64,000 bases of DNA from Cladosporium halotolerans. Lineage: Eukaryota. Of this stretch, positions 48,685 through 61,985 are shown piece after piece. Below the pieces are notes generated by a model. It was not told the origin of the DNA. It was given only the letters and a program-made list of their open reading frames with translations, and searched no databases. The stretch covers positions 868,001 through 932,000 of the forward strand of contig NW_027191456.1 of NCBI RefSeq assembly GCF_011745625.1, given 5' to 3'. The stretch's first letter is position 1. Every line of letters begins with the position of its first letter. The position numbers and the translations under genes were made by a program.

Positions 48685-50983
48685 GGTTGGCAAGACAGTC
48701 GGCGAGAATGGTCGATTGTCCTGTCAGCAAACAGCGTCAAGGCCGGCGGATAGGTTGAGGTAAGGTCCCAGGTGGACGGGCTGCAGACGTTTAAAGCGAG
48801 GACGCAAGAGACGGAGTATCCACCCTGTCAAGCCGGACCGTTTCCGATCAAGAGCACTTTATCCAGATCCAACGACGGCTCGTTGTGGCGATTTACGCTG
48901 GGCGATGGAGAATGGTAAGGAGCGAAAGCCGAATGGTTCTATCGAGACTTTAGTGGAAACGGTACCCTTGTTATGACAGTCCTCGAGAGATCTGCGCGGA
49001 TCTCTTGGCCCGAGCGTGAGGCTTGCTGCACGGGAGGAGATGACGAGAGGACAGCCAATGCGGATAGAGTCCGTTCTCACGGCAAGGAATGGGAGAGTTG
49101 CACGGGTCAAAGTATCTGCACACATGCTCGTCACGCACCAATCCCGCCATTGTTGCTCGTCGACCATGCAGGCTCGGGAAGTTTTGGGCTCCGATCACTA
49201 GTACCCTACCTCGCTCTTGCTCAGTGTAAATACTTCGTTGCTGCTTGCCAGCATCCGGACCTTTTGGTTACTAGAGATTTACATCACTTGATATCGTCTC
49301 AGCCTGGCGGGACTTGTCGCGAGACAGCACGATAGGGGCGTGCGATCAACCCGTCACCGAGGACATCTGGGGCCACTCTTTCGGAAAACGGCTCTTCTCG
49401 GCTCGTTCACGCTACATCGTCATGGAATCAGCCCGCAGAACACGCTCTCTGGCCGTGAGCGCCTAGAACCACGATGCATGCACGCCGAGCATGCCATAGA
49501 CGCAGCTTGAGGCGTGTAATTTAGCGGTGATAGATGTGGTGCTGGGCCTGCATAAATGGCTTGTCACGGAGCTGAACCTCGATTCCCAAGATAGGGCAGC
49601 AGCGGAAGATACCATGAGACATGCGCGGCACGGCATCGAGCGGCGCTGAGACCTTAGATGCAACGGCGATTGTCATGCCGATCTGTGTAGTTGCTCTGAG
49701 GCTATGGCTCGTGCTGAGCGACTTTGATTCCGTGTCAGCACTAGTCTCACTGCGCAAGAACCGGGGCGCAAGCTTTGTGAATTCTCGAAAGCCCGAGTCT
49801 CGGCTCGCCATTGTAGGGGAGATAAGAGTGCCTCGCAAGGCTGCTACCTTCTAGCTTTGGCGCGTCCGTGGTCCCAAGCACGAACGATTAGCTTATGCAG
49901 ACAGAGTTCGGCGCGTCGGATCCTTCGATGCCCGACCATGGGACGCGTTCTGCCAAACGGGTGCTTGAGTCGTGCTGCCTGGCGTGGAGAATAATGTATC
50001 ACCGCGTCTGTGAACCTGGCACCAGCGGGGTGACGATTGCAGGCGTGCGGCAGTCGTGCAGCTCCGGCGGCAGACCAATTCCAAGCGTGGCATTGGCGCA
50101 GCAGATGCCTGCCGAGTTGGGACATCGCAAACGATGAAAGCGTCCTGGTCCTGGACCCGCAGCATGTATGACGCCAGTACTCACGGGTAAGAGTTGCTGT
50201 TCCGATCGACGAAGGACGGGAGGATACCGCGTCGCGTGCGAGTGTGACGGTGGCGCTCCGCACGACACGCCTCGATAAAGGAGCTATTGCTGATCGACGG
50301 TTGAGGATTCATAAGGGGAGGGAGATACAGTATTCGCATTGCCTGACTGCTTGGCTGGTGGACAAGCTCGAGCACGTTGGCGGTGCTGTCGTGGCACCGT
50401 CTAGGGTACGGCGGTGGCACAAGGCGCGCTCTGGCTCACGGACACGGATGGCCCCAATGGTGTTGGACGTCAGGACAGGGGGAAGCACAAGTGCTGAATC
50501 CCTCGAGATTCCCACGTCGCTTATCGGCCGCTACTCCCGCCGAGCAAGCCACAGCGCGCGCCTCGGTGCCAGAAGTGCGAGCCGAGCGTCTTCCCCACAG
50601 CTCCCGCCGCGCGATCCCTGCACATGTCGACATCCTTAACCGCTTGATCTCCCTCTGGCGGGCGACCACAGCGGAGAGCCGCACCCAGACTCAGGCTGGC
50701 CTCAGGGAGCTGCCGCCCATGGCAACACAGGTGTGGTGACTCTGTTGACCGCGCACATGCGTCGGAGCTCGACTCGCCGTCAACAGCTCGGCCATTCGGC
50801 GCGCCGACGCTTGTTCCTGCGCCCGCCGGGATCAAGCACCGTGGCCCCGAGCCTGTCCCCAGACCGCCCCAGTGTAAAGTTAGTAGGTATCTATTAGTTG
50901 ACGTCGTATACCTGTACCTGGCGCGACTTTTTCTCCCCTCCGAAGTCCTCTTTCTCTTCCCCTCATCCCCTCAGACAGCACGC

Positions 50984-52667
50984 ATGTCATTCGACCTGCT
51001 CGTAAATCCCTGGAGATTCCTATTTGGCAAGATGGCGAAAGAAGGCACCGAATCCAAGCCTCTGGGCTCGTACCCCGAGTCCGGCATCAGTGTTCTGATT
51101 GTTGGAACTGGTCTGGCTGGTCTGACCGCCGCAATTGAGTGTGTGAGGAAGGGACACAAGGTGCAAGTCTTGGAGCGCGACTCTGCGATCAACACTGCTG
51201 GTGAGTTACAGCCCATGTTGTGAAGGGCGGTGATTTGAAGCTGACACTCGTGAAAGGTGACATGTACTTCATGGGTTTGAGTGCAACTCCATTCTTCAAG
51301 CACTGGCCGGAGATGAAGGCCGAGTACGACTCCATTGGTCTGCACAATGCCTGGATTGAGACGTACAAGCACAGCGGCGAGCAGATGATCAAGCCCCTAA
51401 AGGTCGCAGAGCGCCTGAAGGCTGCTGGTCTTGACCCCAACACTCCTCCCGGAACCTTCCAGATGCGTCCACTCATCTACAGGATGTTCGTTCGTCAAGT
51501 TGAGAAGCTTGGTGTCAGCATTGACTTCGATTCCTACGTTACCGATTACTGGGAGGATGCGGCTCGCGGCAAGGCCGGCGTTACCACCAAGGCCGGCAAG
51601 ACCTACGAGGCCGATATGGTTATTGCCGCTGACGGCGTTGGATCTAAGTCTCAGAAGCTGGTCGGCGGTCAGGTTCGCGCGAAGTCGTCTGGTCGTGCGA
51701 TGTGGCGTGCCGCTTTCCCCATTGAGCACCTGGACAAGAACCCTGAGCTTAAGGAGCACTACAAGATGGTCGGACCGAACGACGACGAGCCAATGGTCCG
51801 CACATACCTCGCACCTGGCGCATATGCGCTCACCCTGACCCGCCCCGACACCATGATCTGGATTCTGAACCACGACGTGAGTTTCTCGGCTCAAGACACA
51901 GTACAAGCAAAAGGCTGACCAAATCTAGGCAAACGAGAACTCCGCCGAATCCTGGAGCAACTACATCAGCTCCGAAGAAGTGATCAAGGGCCTTGACGAA
52001 GTCCCCGGCCCCGACAAATGGTCGCCCATGTTCAAGCAGCTGGTCATGGCCACACCGCCCAACACCATTGTCAACTTCGAGCTTCTCTGGCGTGACCCGC
52101 AACTCACTTGGACCTCCCCCGCCTCCCGTGTCATCCAGATCGGTGACGCCGCACACACTTTCCTGCCCGCCTCCGGCAACGGCGCCACCCAAGCCATCGA
52201 GGACGCCATCACCATCGCCACCTGCCTCCAGCTCTCCGGCAAGGACAAGATCCCCGAGGCCGTCGAAGCCCACGTCAGATACCGGTAAGCCAGCCCTCCT
52301 CCCCAAACCTCGCAGCCAACCACTGACCAACCCCACCAGCTTTATCCGCAACGCCTGCGCCCAGAAAATGGGCTTCTCCAACGCCGAGCTCTTGCAAGAA
52401 ACCGACTGGTCCAAGGTCAAGCTGAACCCGCGCCTCGCGCAGCCCAAGCACCCGCGCTGGGTCTGGGACCACGACCCCGAGGTCTACGCCTACGAGCACT
52501 ACGCCAAGAACATCGAGACCATGAAGGCCGGCATCCCCTTCGACGAGAGCGGAATCCCGCCCAACTTCCCGCCGGGCTATAAGTGGGAGCCTTGGTCGAT
52601 CGATCAGATTATGGACGCGATGCGCAAGCAGGTGCCTGTGGAGTTGGGGCCGGGTAACTGGGATTAG
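50984..52667 (+). CDS. Group A FAD-dependent monooxygenase; exons 50984-51200, 51257-51876, 51929-52284, 52340-52667
   Basis: GTGLAG (GxGxxG), AADGVGS (DG) and QIGDAAH..P..GNGA.QAIEDA (GD) fingerprints; second in-frame ATG at 51032. Confidence 0.93.
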
Positions 52668-53442
52668 AGGTTGTGTGTGTCTTATGGGTTTGACGAGTAT
52701 GAGCATGAGTATGTGTTTGTGAGGGTTGGGAGGAGAAAGGGCGTTATCTTGGGAAGAGGTGGGCGTTGTTCGATACCATAATTGCGAGCTAGCGAATCCA
52801 CGTTTCGCCTTCTTGAGAACAACGGCCTCATTTATCCCAAGCAACTGTCCTGGTGTATTCCATGTCGCGTTGCCGGTCGGCAGCTTACAGGCGTTCAACC
52901 CCTGCTATGCCCAATCCGGGATCAACATTCCCAATTCGGATCAACATCAGCATCGACATCAGCATCGATGTTCAGCAGCAGTTACTGCAGCTTTCAGCAG
53001 CGATAGCCATCACAATAGCCATCCTCAAAACCGCTTCTTGCGGTATAGTCTCTGCACCTTCTCCTCTTGGCGTAGCTCTCACAATATAAAAACATCGCGT
53101 CGTGTTTCCTCTCACACATCCTTAAGAATGCAGCTGATGCACCCAATGCAACCCACTCCATAAAACCAAGACATGCCCTCCTCCCTCGACGACGACGACC
53201 TCCTCCACCTAACCCTCCTCCTCCTCCTCGTCGAAGAAGAGCGCGAAGCTCACGAAGCGCTCGACCGCGAACGCCGGCAGCATCACAGACGCCGCGAAGC
53301 CGGACCACCTTCAGCGCGCTCGCGACGCCGCGACCGCAGACCCCGCGCTTTGCGCGACGCGCCACCGGCTGCGCAACCTACTGTCGCTCCGAACATCCCC
53401 ACCAACAATCACGGTTTGCAGCGGCCGTTGACGACAGCGACT

Positions 53443-53926
53443 ATGCCGTCGTCAGATTACGCGTCGACCGTCTCCGGCGGGCTGAAGTTGAAAGGCGCGG
53501 CGAAGGATGCGGGGGTGAAGAAGAAGAGGAAGGATAAGGACAAGAGCAAGGCCGGCGGAAGCAGCAAGAAGGACAAGTCTGCGACGCCGGTGCCGGCTGA
53601 GGAGGATGAAATTACACAGTTGCGAAAGGAGGAGGAGGGGGAGAGCGATAAGGCTGTAGAGAGGCGGGAGAGTCCTGCGCCGGCGACGGCGGCGGGCTCG
53701 GGGAAGACGGAGGCGCAGTTGAGGCATGAGGAGATCAAGCGGAAGAGGGTGAGTGGGCATTTTGATTCGATTGAGAGATCGGTCGACTGACTCTTTCTGA
53801 CAGCTGGACGAGCGACTGAAGCGCGAAGGCGGCGCGAAGACGCACAAGCAGCGCGTCGAAGAGCTGAACAAGTACCTGTCGACGCTGTCGGAGCACCACG
53901 ACATGCCGCGCATCGGGCCTGGCTAA
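53443..53926 (+). CDS. FAM32A/DUF1754 family nuclear protein; exons 53443-53748, 53804-53926
   Basis: [51 protein letters not shown]. Confidence 0.9.
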
Positions 53927-54484
53927 CGCGTGAGCTGGCACGTGGGTGCTTTCTCAATTCTTTTCTGGAGGCATTTGGCAGTGTCGGGATTCAGCGATGG
54001 CGTTCTCGGAAGATGGTATTCTTTTTGGTACAAACATGATATACCTACTCAGGAATTACAATTCTTGGAATCGAATGCACGATTTGCACACAGTCACAAT
54101 GATTGGAACCTTGCACTTTACATACTCGCTACATGCTTTTGGTAGCCTCTCACGAGTGCTCTGGTAAGCTAAAGTTGGTAGAGTCTACTCGAAGTCCTGG
54201 AGTCCTTATCGCCGGCATTACCACCTTCACCCATCATCTGCATTACAGCCGCCCAGCCAGATGAGTAGAATTTGATGAACCGATATTTTTCGACAAACGA
54301 GAGAAAGAAAGGAGAAGAAGCAGATCTCGGCGACGGAGCGATGGACTCAACACATTAACCTTCCGTTGACTGATGCTGGCCATATAAGCATCCTGCTTGG
54401 GTTGGGCATAAGCCCTGTTGTTCTGGAGATTTGAGCGCGGTGTTGCTGGTTTGGGGTATTCCGACGTGCCGATGAAAGCAGCAA

Positions 54485-55849
54485 TCAGGTAGCGCGGCCA
54501 ATGGACCAGTCCGGCTCGGAGAGCACAGTGTACGACTTGTCGACGTGGATATTATTCCCGAGCTTGCCCAGCTCGAGGTCTGCCCCATCGCTGAGGTAAC
54601 TGTTGCGGTGGCCTCCGGTCACGCTGACTCTCGGCTCGTTGCGCGCCTCATACTTGGTCGGCGACTTATTGCACGAAGAGCTGGGTGTACGGTTGATGAG
54701 GGTGTCGGATGTGCTGTCATCGAGCAGCTGCTTCTTGGTGCCGCCGTGAGATGAGCCGCCGCCCGTGGTGAAATCGGAGTGGCCAACGGGGATAGCGCGG
54801 TGACCAGCCTTCTCATTCATGGGCATTGCGATGTGCTTGCTCTTAACATTGGTTGTCGCCCACATGCTGCTTAACGGGAGGAAGATGGCGACAAGGGTCT
54901 CGACATACGACCCCAGCTGGGCGCCACGAATGGCATAGTAGTCGAGGATGGCAAAGATGACTGTTCGTTTGTGTCAGACGAGTTGTCTCGTGAGAAGGAT
55001 GTAAAGAGCTAGGAACTTACCGGGAATCGTCAGCGTCTGACATCCCATGATGAACACGATCTGCATGGCGCCAAACTGCTTGAGGCCAAGGCTACGGCGA
55101 GACCTGATGGCTAGCCCGAGCTTGGTACAGAAGACCGCACTGAAGACGCAGATGCTGACAATCGCCATGATGTTCGAGTTGCTCTGGGCCCAGTCCTGCC
55201 GCTTAGATGTCTCCTCGCTCGGACCGTCACCAGTAGCAAGATCTGCTATGTTCTGACAGTTGATCACCATGAGGACCATTCGGAAGGACACCGCAAGCGT
55301 GGCAACGACACCGCAAAAGGTCATTGTTATGATCCGATGCAGCCTCACCATGGCAGCGGCGCAGATGACATGGACCTGGGTGACCAAAGCCAGCTCAATG
55401 AAGACGAAGACCAGAGTGGTTATGACACTGTTGGCGATCGACATTCTGATGTGCTTTGTCAAGTCTGTGGTGCCATACTCCTGCAACACGACGAGGACAA
55501 AGTTCAGGAACGGTCCAGTCATTTCGAGACACTGGATGGTGGTCCGGATGATGTTGCAGACAAGTGCGAGGACATTGAAGATCCACGAAAGGCTCCTGCG
55601 TTTGGCTACTGGGGTCATGAGGAGGAGGACCAGAAGGAGGATCGCCGAGGCCCCGAGCTGAGTCCCAAAGACGATGGCGGTGCGAACAGCGGTCAGTCTG
55701 ATCAGGTCAATGTCGAGGGTGCTGACAGTCTGGAGCCCAGAACCATCAGAGCTCATGAGGTCGAAGGTCTGGTTGAACACATTGAAGTCTGGCGGCAGAG
55801 CGGTGGGCATGCCGTCTTCGACATCAGTGATGGGAGTGGCGTTCTCCAT
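54485..55849 (-). CDS. STE2: Alpha-factor pheromone receptor (class D GPCR); exons 55849-55021, 54960-54485
   Basis: FNQTF, FGTQLGA, seven hydrophobic segments, KLGLAIRSRRSLGLKQFGAMQIVFIMGCQT, LPLSSMWA. Confidence 0.95.
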
Positions 55850-56863
55850 GGTTGGCGAGTCTTGGTTTGTGATTTGGAAAGGCGGTGCGGAGAGCTTGTT
55901 GGATCTACCAAGGGCTGGCGATGTGCAAGTTGAATGCTGAATGTACGGGAAGGGTTGAGAAGGATCCTGCGGCGGTCTTTGGTCAGAATGCAGGTTATTG
56001 GAAGGTTGTCGTGTGCAAGAAGTCCTACCGGCAATGGCGTTGGTATTCTGTCAGGAATACGATATCCCTCGCCCAGCCTCCCAACAGACAATGGTCTGTT
56101 AGATATTGTGCGATAGGATTGTTGCAGTCTTCACGTGTTGGTAAGGGGCAGACAATGCTAAGGGTGGGAGAGAGGTCAGATGAAGGGGGGAGAGTGAGAG
56201 CAGGCAGCGGTGTAGGTAGAGTGGAAGGCACGTCCATGGCTGACATGCCACGTGAGGCCAGGCTCGTTCGATGAGACGGACAAAGGCAGCACCGAAATGA
56301 TACAAACAGGGCCGTGAGCACAACAACTACCTACGTCTCTGAACACGCATCTGCCAATAGCCGACTGCAGGCAGGCAATCTGCTGTGTTGCCTCCAGAAC
56401 GTGGCGCCATTGCACGCAGCAACGCACTGCAGTCTTACATTCGTGGTGTTGGTATGCGACGTTGGTATTGTTCTCCTCACGGGCCCTCACCGATGCACCG
56501 GCGCCACATGTTCACCACGTCCACATATGCATCTCGCGGCAAACGAGTCTGATAGCGAAGCGAGTGCTGCATAACCTCCCAGTTCTCTCTGTCAGATGCA
56601 TAACGATTTGTAGGGGAAGGAACTGACAGGAGCCTCAGGCTGGTCGGTGGACGTCGTGAGGAAAGCGGGACTGGTGCTGGACCAGAGCGGTGACTTCGCT
56701 TCACTTTCGCGTCGCGCCATGACGTTCAGCGCCTGCAGCCCTGACCTTCTGCCTGCGCTCGCGCCAAACGCAGTGACAGCCCATCGCATCGTAATCACAA
56801 CGGGCTTTCATGATGTTATACCGCTGAAACACCAATTGATCTGTCCTCGAACGGCCGCACAAA

Positions 56864-58857
56864 ATGGCGCCGCAACTTCACATCTCCCTGCGCTGCATGC
56901 CGGGCATAGGTAGCCATGCTGGCTCCCCAGGCGAGATGCTACCGGAACACCGCATGCCTGTTGATGATGATTCACAAGACATCTTGTTCATCTTCAAGAA
57001 TGGTGCTCCCTCTTTTGAGCCAATGGAGAACGAGGATAAGAACCTCAAACCAGATGGCACCGTAGGATGGTTTTGTACGGCCCCAGATTTTGACTATTGC
57101 ATGAACCCTAAGATGTATGTACTAATATCTGGGTAGTGCGCCGCGGATCTATGCTTGTGCTTGAGACTTATACCGACAACGTATACGTCGAGTCGCCACC
57201 TTCTGAGCTGCCGCGCCAACTCGATGCAAACTTCCGCAGGGCTAAGATTCCCGCAAGTAAAAGCGACTGCCAACGACAAATCTTCCTCAGACCGCGTGAC
57301 ACAGTGGTTTTCGAAAATGAGGCATGCGCGATTCTCGTGAGCGTTGCCACTTCTTCAGAGTCATCTGGCAATCGTCCCGTTGCAGCAGCGGACGACATTC
57401 AGGTCAAATCTTCTGCGCAACAGTCTACCGATGCTGGCAGTGGCGCGTACCCAGGTGCTGTTATGAAAGATGACGAGACAGAGGATGAAGACGATCTTGA
57501 CGCTCCGATGGCCAAGACACCCGATGGCGCCCACCCAGATACTCCCGCCACCTCGCGGCCAACGGATGGGCCTGCCGTGAAGGAGACCCCTTCGAAGAGG
57601 CCGGGCAGCCATGAGAGTAATCATATGTTTTCAACTGCTCCAGACAATCTTGATCCGAATCAAGATGCCAATGACGTAAACAACACCCCCTCGGACCGCA
57701 CGCGCATCGCGAAGCGAAAGGCAACTGCGCAGCAACCGGATGGTGATGACTCTCAGCATGTCTTCCAGCACAAGGCCAAAAGGCAAGCCACTTATGGCAA
57801 GAAGAGCAACCAAGCTACGCCGGTCAAGGCAAGCCCCAAGCAATCAGGCGAAAAACAAGCAAGTACACGATGCTCTCCAAAACATGCCTATTCCAGCGAT
57901 GACAAACTTTACGGTCCGGCGGAGATCAAGCGTACTATGGCCGAGGAGTCCGAGCACCTGGAAAAGACTGTCTCCGAGACAGCGAGGAAGAGGGACCGCG
58001 GACGCCGTCATGAAGAAGCTAAAGCTGCCAAAGCCGACCTTGAGAAAACTTCAAGTGCAGGGAGGCTGAAGGGTGTCAAGCGCAAATCGGACGTCAACGA
58101 ATCCGAGCAGGGAGGTGGCAAAGCTTCTCGCGCTACTCGACGGGAGAAAGAACTCTGTGCCAACCATCACCACAGTCTCACCCCTCCATCGTCTGGTCCT
58201 CCTCTTCCGAATAATACGCCCAACAAGATCCTGCTCAGCAAGAGCAAATTTGCCGACGACAGCAAGGCAAAAGGGTGGCTCAAGAGACACGGCGTCGCCG
58301 TTACAGAAGATGTTCCCGGCAAGCGCACCAATTTCATCTGCGTTATTGGGGTTGGAGTCTTGACGGCTACTGCGAAGGTGGTGCGGTCTCTCGCACTTGG
58401 CAAGAGAATCGTCACAGATCAATGGCTCGAGGAGTCTATGTCACAAGATCAGCTTCTCGGACCGAACGAGTATATCCACGACGACTTGGTTGACACCGCA
58501 GACGTGAATCGCAGCAAACTGTTTGCAGGCAAGACAGTCTACTTCACACCAGCATTGAAGAACCATTACGGCTCTGAATTCGCTGAAGTCGAGCGACTGC
58601 TTGGAGAAGCCGGTGCACAAAAGGTCGAGTCTGGACCTGTCAAGAAAGCTAGCGGCATGTCTGCTTCTTCCACCATCTTCTTGGGTCTTGAGGGTCTCGA
58701 TCAGGACGCTGAAAAACTCGTGAAAGAAGACAAGAAGGAAGTGTTCATCCGGGGATTTGTGCCTCAAAGCATCATCCGCGGTAAGCTGCTTGATGATTAC
58801 GAGACATACAAATGGAAGTTCACCACGGCAGCGGCCAAGAAGGGAAAGAAGAAATAA
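56864..58857 (+). CDS. Nuclear protein with C-terminal tandem BRCT domains (Mdb1/Rtt107-like); exons 56864-57074, 57137-58857
   Basis: TAKVVRSLALGKRIVTDQWLEES and LFAGKTVYFTP BRCT signatures; GTACGG...ACTAAT...TAG intron joins in frame; C-terminal KKGKKK. Confidence 0.8.
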
Positions 58858-59785
58858 AAGCGCAAAGCAATATGGCATAGTCTGCATCTGGACGTGCTTG
58901 CGAAAGCATAAGCATCAGTCTCTTTCTCTTGACATCCCTGATTTCACGAGCAGTCACTCTCGCTGATCATCAGTCTGTCAATACATCTGCCGGCCTTTCA
59001 TAGTGCCATGCTGGGAGCGCATATGTATCTAATTCAGGGTTTCTCTCGGATGAGGCACCTCTGCAATACTAAACCGTTCTCATCTTCCTCACCGAATCGA
59101 ACTAACAAACAGACATAAACGATTGCCCCCGTATTCCCAAGAGCAACCAACAGTGCTTGACGATCGACACCAAATCAAAGCGTGGTACTCGTGACGCGAG
59201 AATACGACGCGGCAGCTTGAGATGAGCTAAATTTAGAAATTCTCCGTCGACCTCCCGCTGGCACCGGCACCAACAGGCCCACATCAACGTGTGGAACGAA
59301 CGAAGAACTCGCCGCCGTGACGTTGATTCGCATTCACAGTAGGGCTTACACTACGGCTTCACGGCAACCAGGTGAAGTGCAATTCAGTAATGACAATCGG
59401 CAGTTAAGGCTCACAGACGTCAATTAGCACGCCTGTCAAAACTTTACGCCCCCCAAACGGCTACGCTCGTTAGGTTCAAGCCTGATGACCCTGGCGAATC
59501 CTTGCGCTCGCAAGCGCTGCCAGCTGAACGAACAAGCCCCAAAGTGCCCGCAACCTTCCCTCTGGCGCAAACGGGCGCTTATATCGTAGGTTTCGGTCTC
59601 TCTCGCTTTCTGCTTTCCTTGCACCGACCCCCGCCCCCTCGTTCATTGTCTCGTATCATGCGCCAAACCACTCCACTCGTGTAGAATCGCGATCTCGCTC
59701 GCTCGCTTCCGTCCTCTTGCATTTCAGCCTTCCCTCTGCGATCCTCGGATATCTGGACTCGATACCGCCGCGTACCCACGTGAGG

Positions 59786-61638
59786 ATGCGGGGCTCGACT
59801 GGTCTTCGCGATGTTCTTCTGCTCGCGCAATCTGCGGCTGCGCTTTCATTGCCGGAGTCGAAAGGAAAGAGCATGGGAGAGCGGTTGTCGCGCAGGGCCG
59901 AGGAGGACGCGAACGTGACGATACCCGCGGCGATCAGCGTTGCACCCAGCCAGTACTGGGACGGAAATGGTAAGGGGGTTCGAAATGAGAGTTCTGAGGT
60001 CTTGGAGTGCTGAGAACAGTTCCAGATGGACCGTGGTCTTCCTTCCCTCTTCAGCTCGGCGGCGGAAACGTTCAGAAGCAGAATGTTCGCGTGATGCCTT
60101 CAACAGCTGGGTACAACACTTGGGTGATCAACGACCAAGGATGCCCGGAGTACTACTTCGAGGACTGTGCGAACAAGCGTGGCTTCATTTACAACCAGAA
60201 CGACAGCGTCACGTATCTCCCCGAATCGATATACAACACGGAAATTGAGCGGAATCTGGGTCTCGACACGACGGGAAACGGTGGCTATGAGACCATTACA
60301 CTCGGCTGGCAAGGCTCAGGCGGACCGGAGATAGAGCACATGCCTCTTTTTGAGATTGCCACTACCGATTATTTCATTGGCATCTTTGGGCTCAATCCGC
60401 TGCCCACCAACTTCTCCAACTTGAACAACCCGCAGGAGTCGTTCATGCAGACATTGTACGACCAGAAGAGCATCCCTAGTCGATCTTACGGCTACACAGC
60501 GGGTAACCAGTACCGCTTTAACAAGGTCTATGGATCCTTGACTCTCGGTGGTTACGACGAGAATCGCTTCGAGCCAACTGAGACCACGTTCGGTTTTTAC
60601 CAGGATATCGCGCGCGACCTACTTGTCAATCTCAAATCGATCACAACAGACAAGGGCTCGCCCACCGCGCTGTTGCCAGACGGTGAGATTAGCATATACC
60701 TCGACAGCACTGTACCCTCCCTCTGGCTCCCAGAATCAGCCTGCGAAGCATTCGAAAGCGCCTTCGGTTTGACCTGGAACGACACCGTCTCCCGATACCT
60801 CGTCAACGAATCGCACCACGAGACACTCACAAACCTCAACCCCAGCATAACATTCACCCTTGCCAACGCAACCGGCAGCGAAGTCGACATCACCCTTCCC
60901 TACGCCGCCTTCGACCTCACCGCCTCCTTCCCCATCGTCGCCAACGGCACCACCTCAGCCTACTTCCCCCTCATGCGCGCCGCCAACGACACCCAATACA
61001 CCCTCGGCCGGACTTTCTTCCAAGAAGCTTACCTCATCGCCGACTACGACCGCGGCAACTTCACCGTCGCCCCCTGCGCCTGGGACCAGACCAACGTCCA
61101 GAGCACCGCCATCCACTCCATTCTCTCGCCGAACCTGACCGAAATCGCGCGCAGCGAAGACCAGTCGGACTCCAGCCCGCTCTCCGCCGGCGCCATCGCA
61201 GGCCTCGTCATCGGCATCGTCGCCGCCATCGCCCTGCTCGGCCTCGCCCTGTGCCTCCTGCGCCGCCGCAAGAACAAAAAGAGGGCCGCCGCGACGTCTA
61301 CCGCCGCGCACCTCGCGACCGACGATGACGGCAAGTCGCTGACGGGCGAGGGCAAGCCGTTCATCTCCGAGCCGCTCGGCGGCGAGCTCGGCAGCGACGC
61401 CGAGATCCACGAGCTCACGGCGCCGCACAAGGCCGCGCCCGCGGAGATGGATTCGCCGTACAAGACGGATCCGAATAAGGTCGGTTACTCGGAGATGGAC
61501 GGCGGGGAGTACTATGGTCCGGGTAAGAACGGGGCGCATGAGATGCATGGCAGCACGCCGGTCTTTGAGATGGAGGGCAGTTCGGTGCAGGAGCTGGGGC
61601 CGGGGAGGAGGAGTGTGGAGGCTGGCGAGAAGCGATGA
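59786..61638 (+). CDS. Type I membrane pepsin-fold (A1) protein, probably catalytically inactive; exons 59786-59969, 60026-61638
   Basis: Signal peptide, WDGNDGPWSSF, GSLTLGGYD, YLDST, LGRTFFQEAYLIADY, TM helix followed by RRRK, acidic tail. Confidence 0.88.
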
Positions 61639-61985
61639 GCGTTGATTTTGACTTTGATTTGATTTCGGCTAGATATCCCTTTGATGCTTGCTCTTCAGCG
61701 GCGCTATTGGCGAACTTACGGCCGGTGGGTAAAACGACACTGTATGGGTTGTTCTTCTGTTATACGCATACTCACCATCACCATATAGCATATTACAGCC
61801 GTAAAATTATAATGCCTTGTACACATCAGGTCTATCTTGCCTCAGTAACACAGCTTCATCACTGTTATTATTGACCTGTGGAACAGCAATTCGGCGGCGA
61901 AGATATTTCAATTATCCGCACTACCTAAAAAAAAAATATTCGTCCCATCTTTATGATGCGAGAGCAAAGGAACCAAGCGATACGC

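Noticed and set aside
57115..57136. Apparent GTATGT donor close to the BRCT gene acceptor
   Set aside because: Would give a 22-nt intron in the wrong phase; the donor at 57075 gives a 62-nt intron that joins in frame
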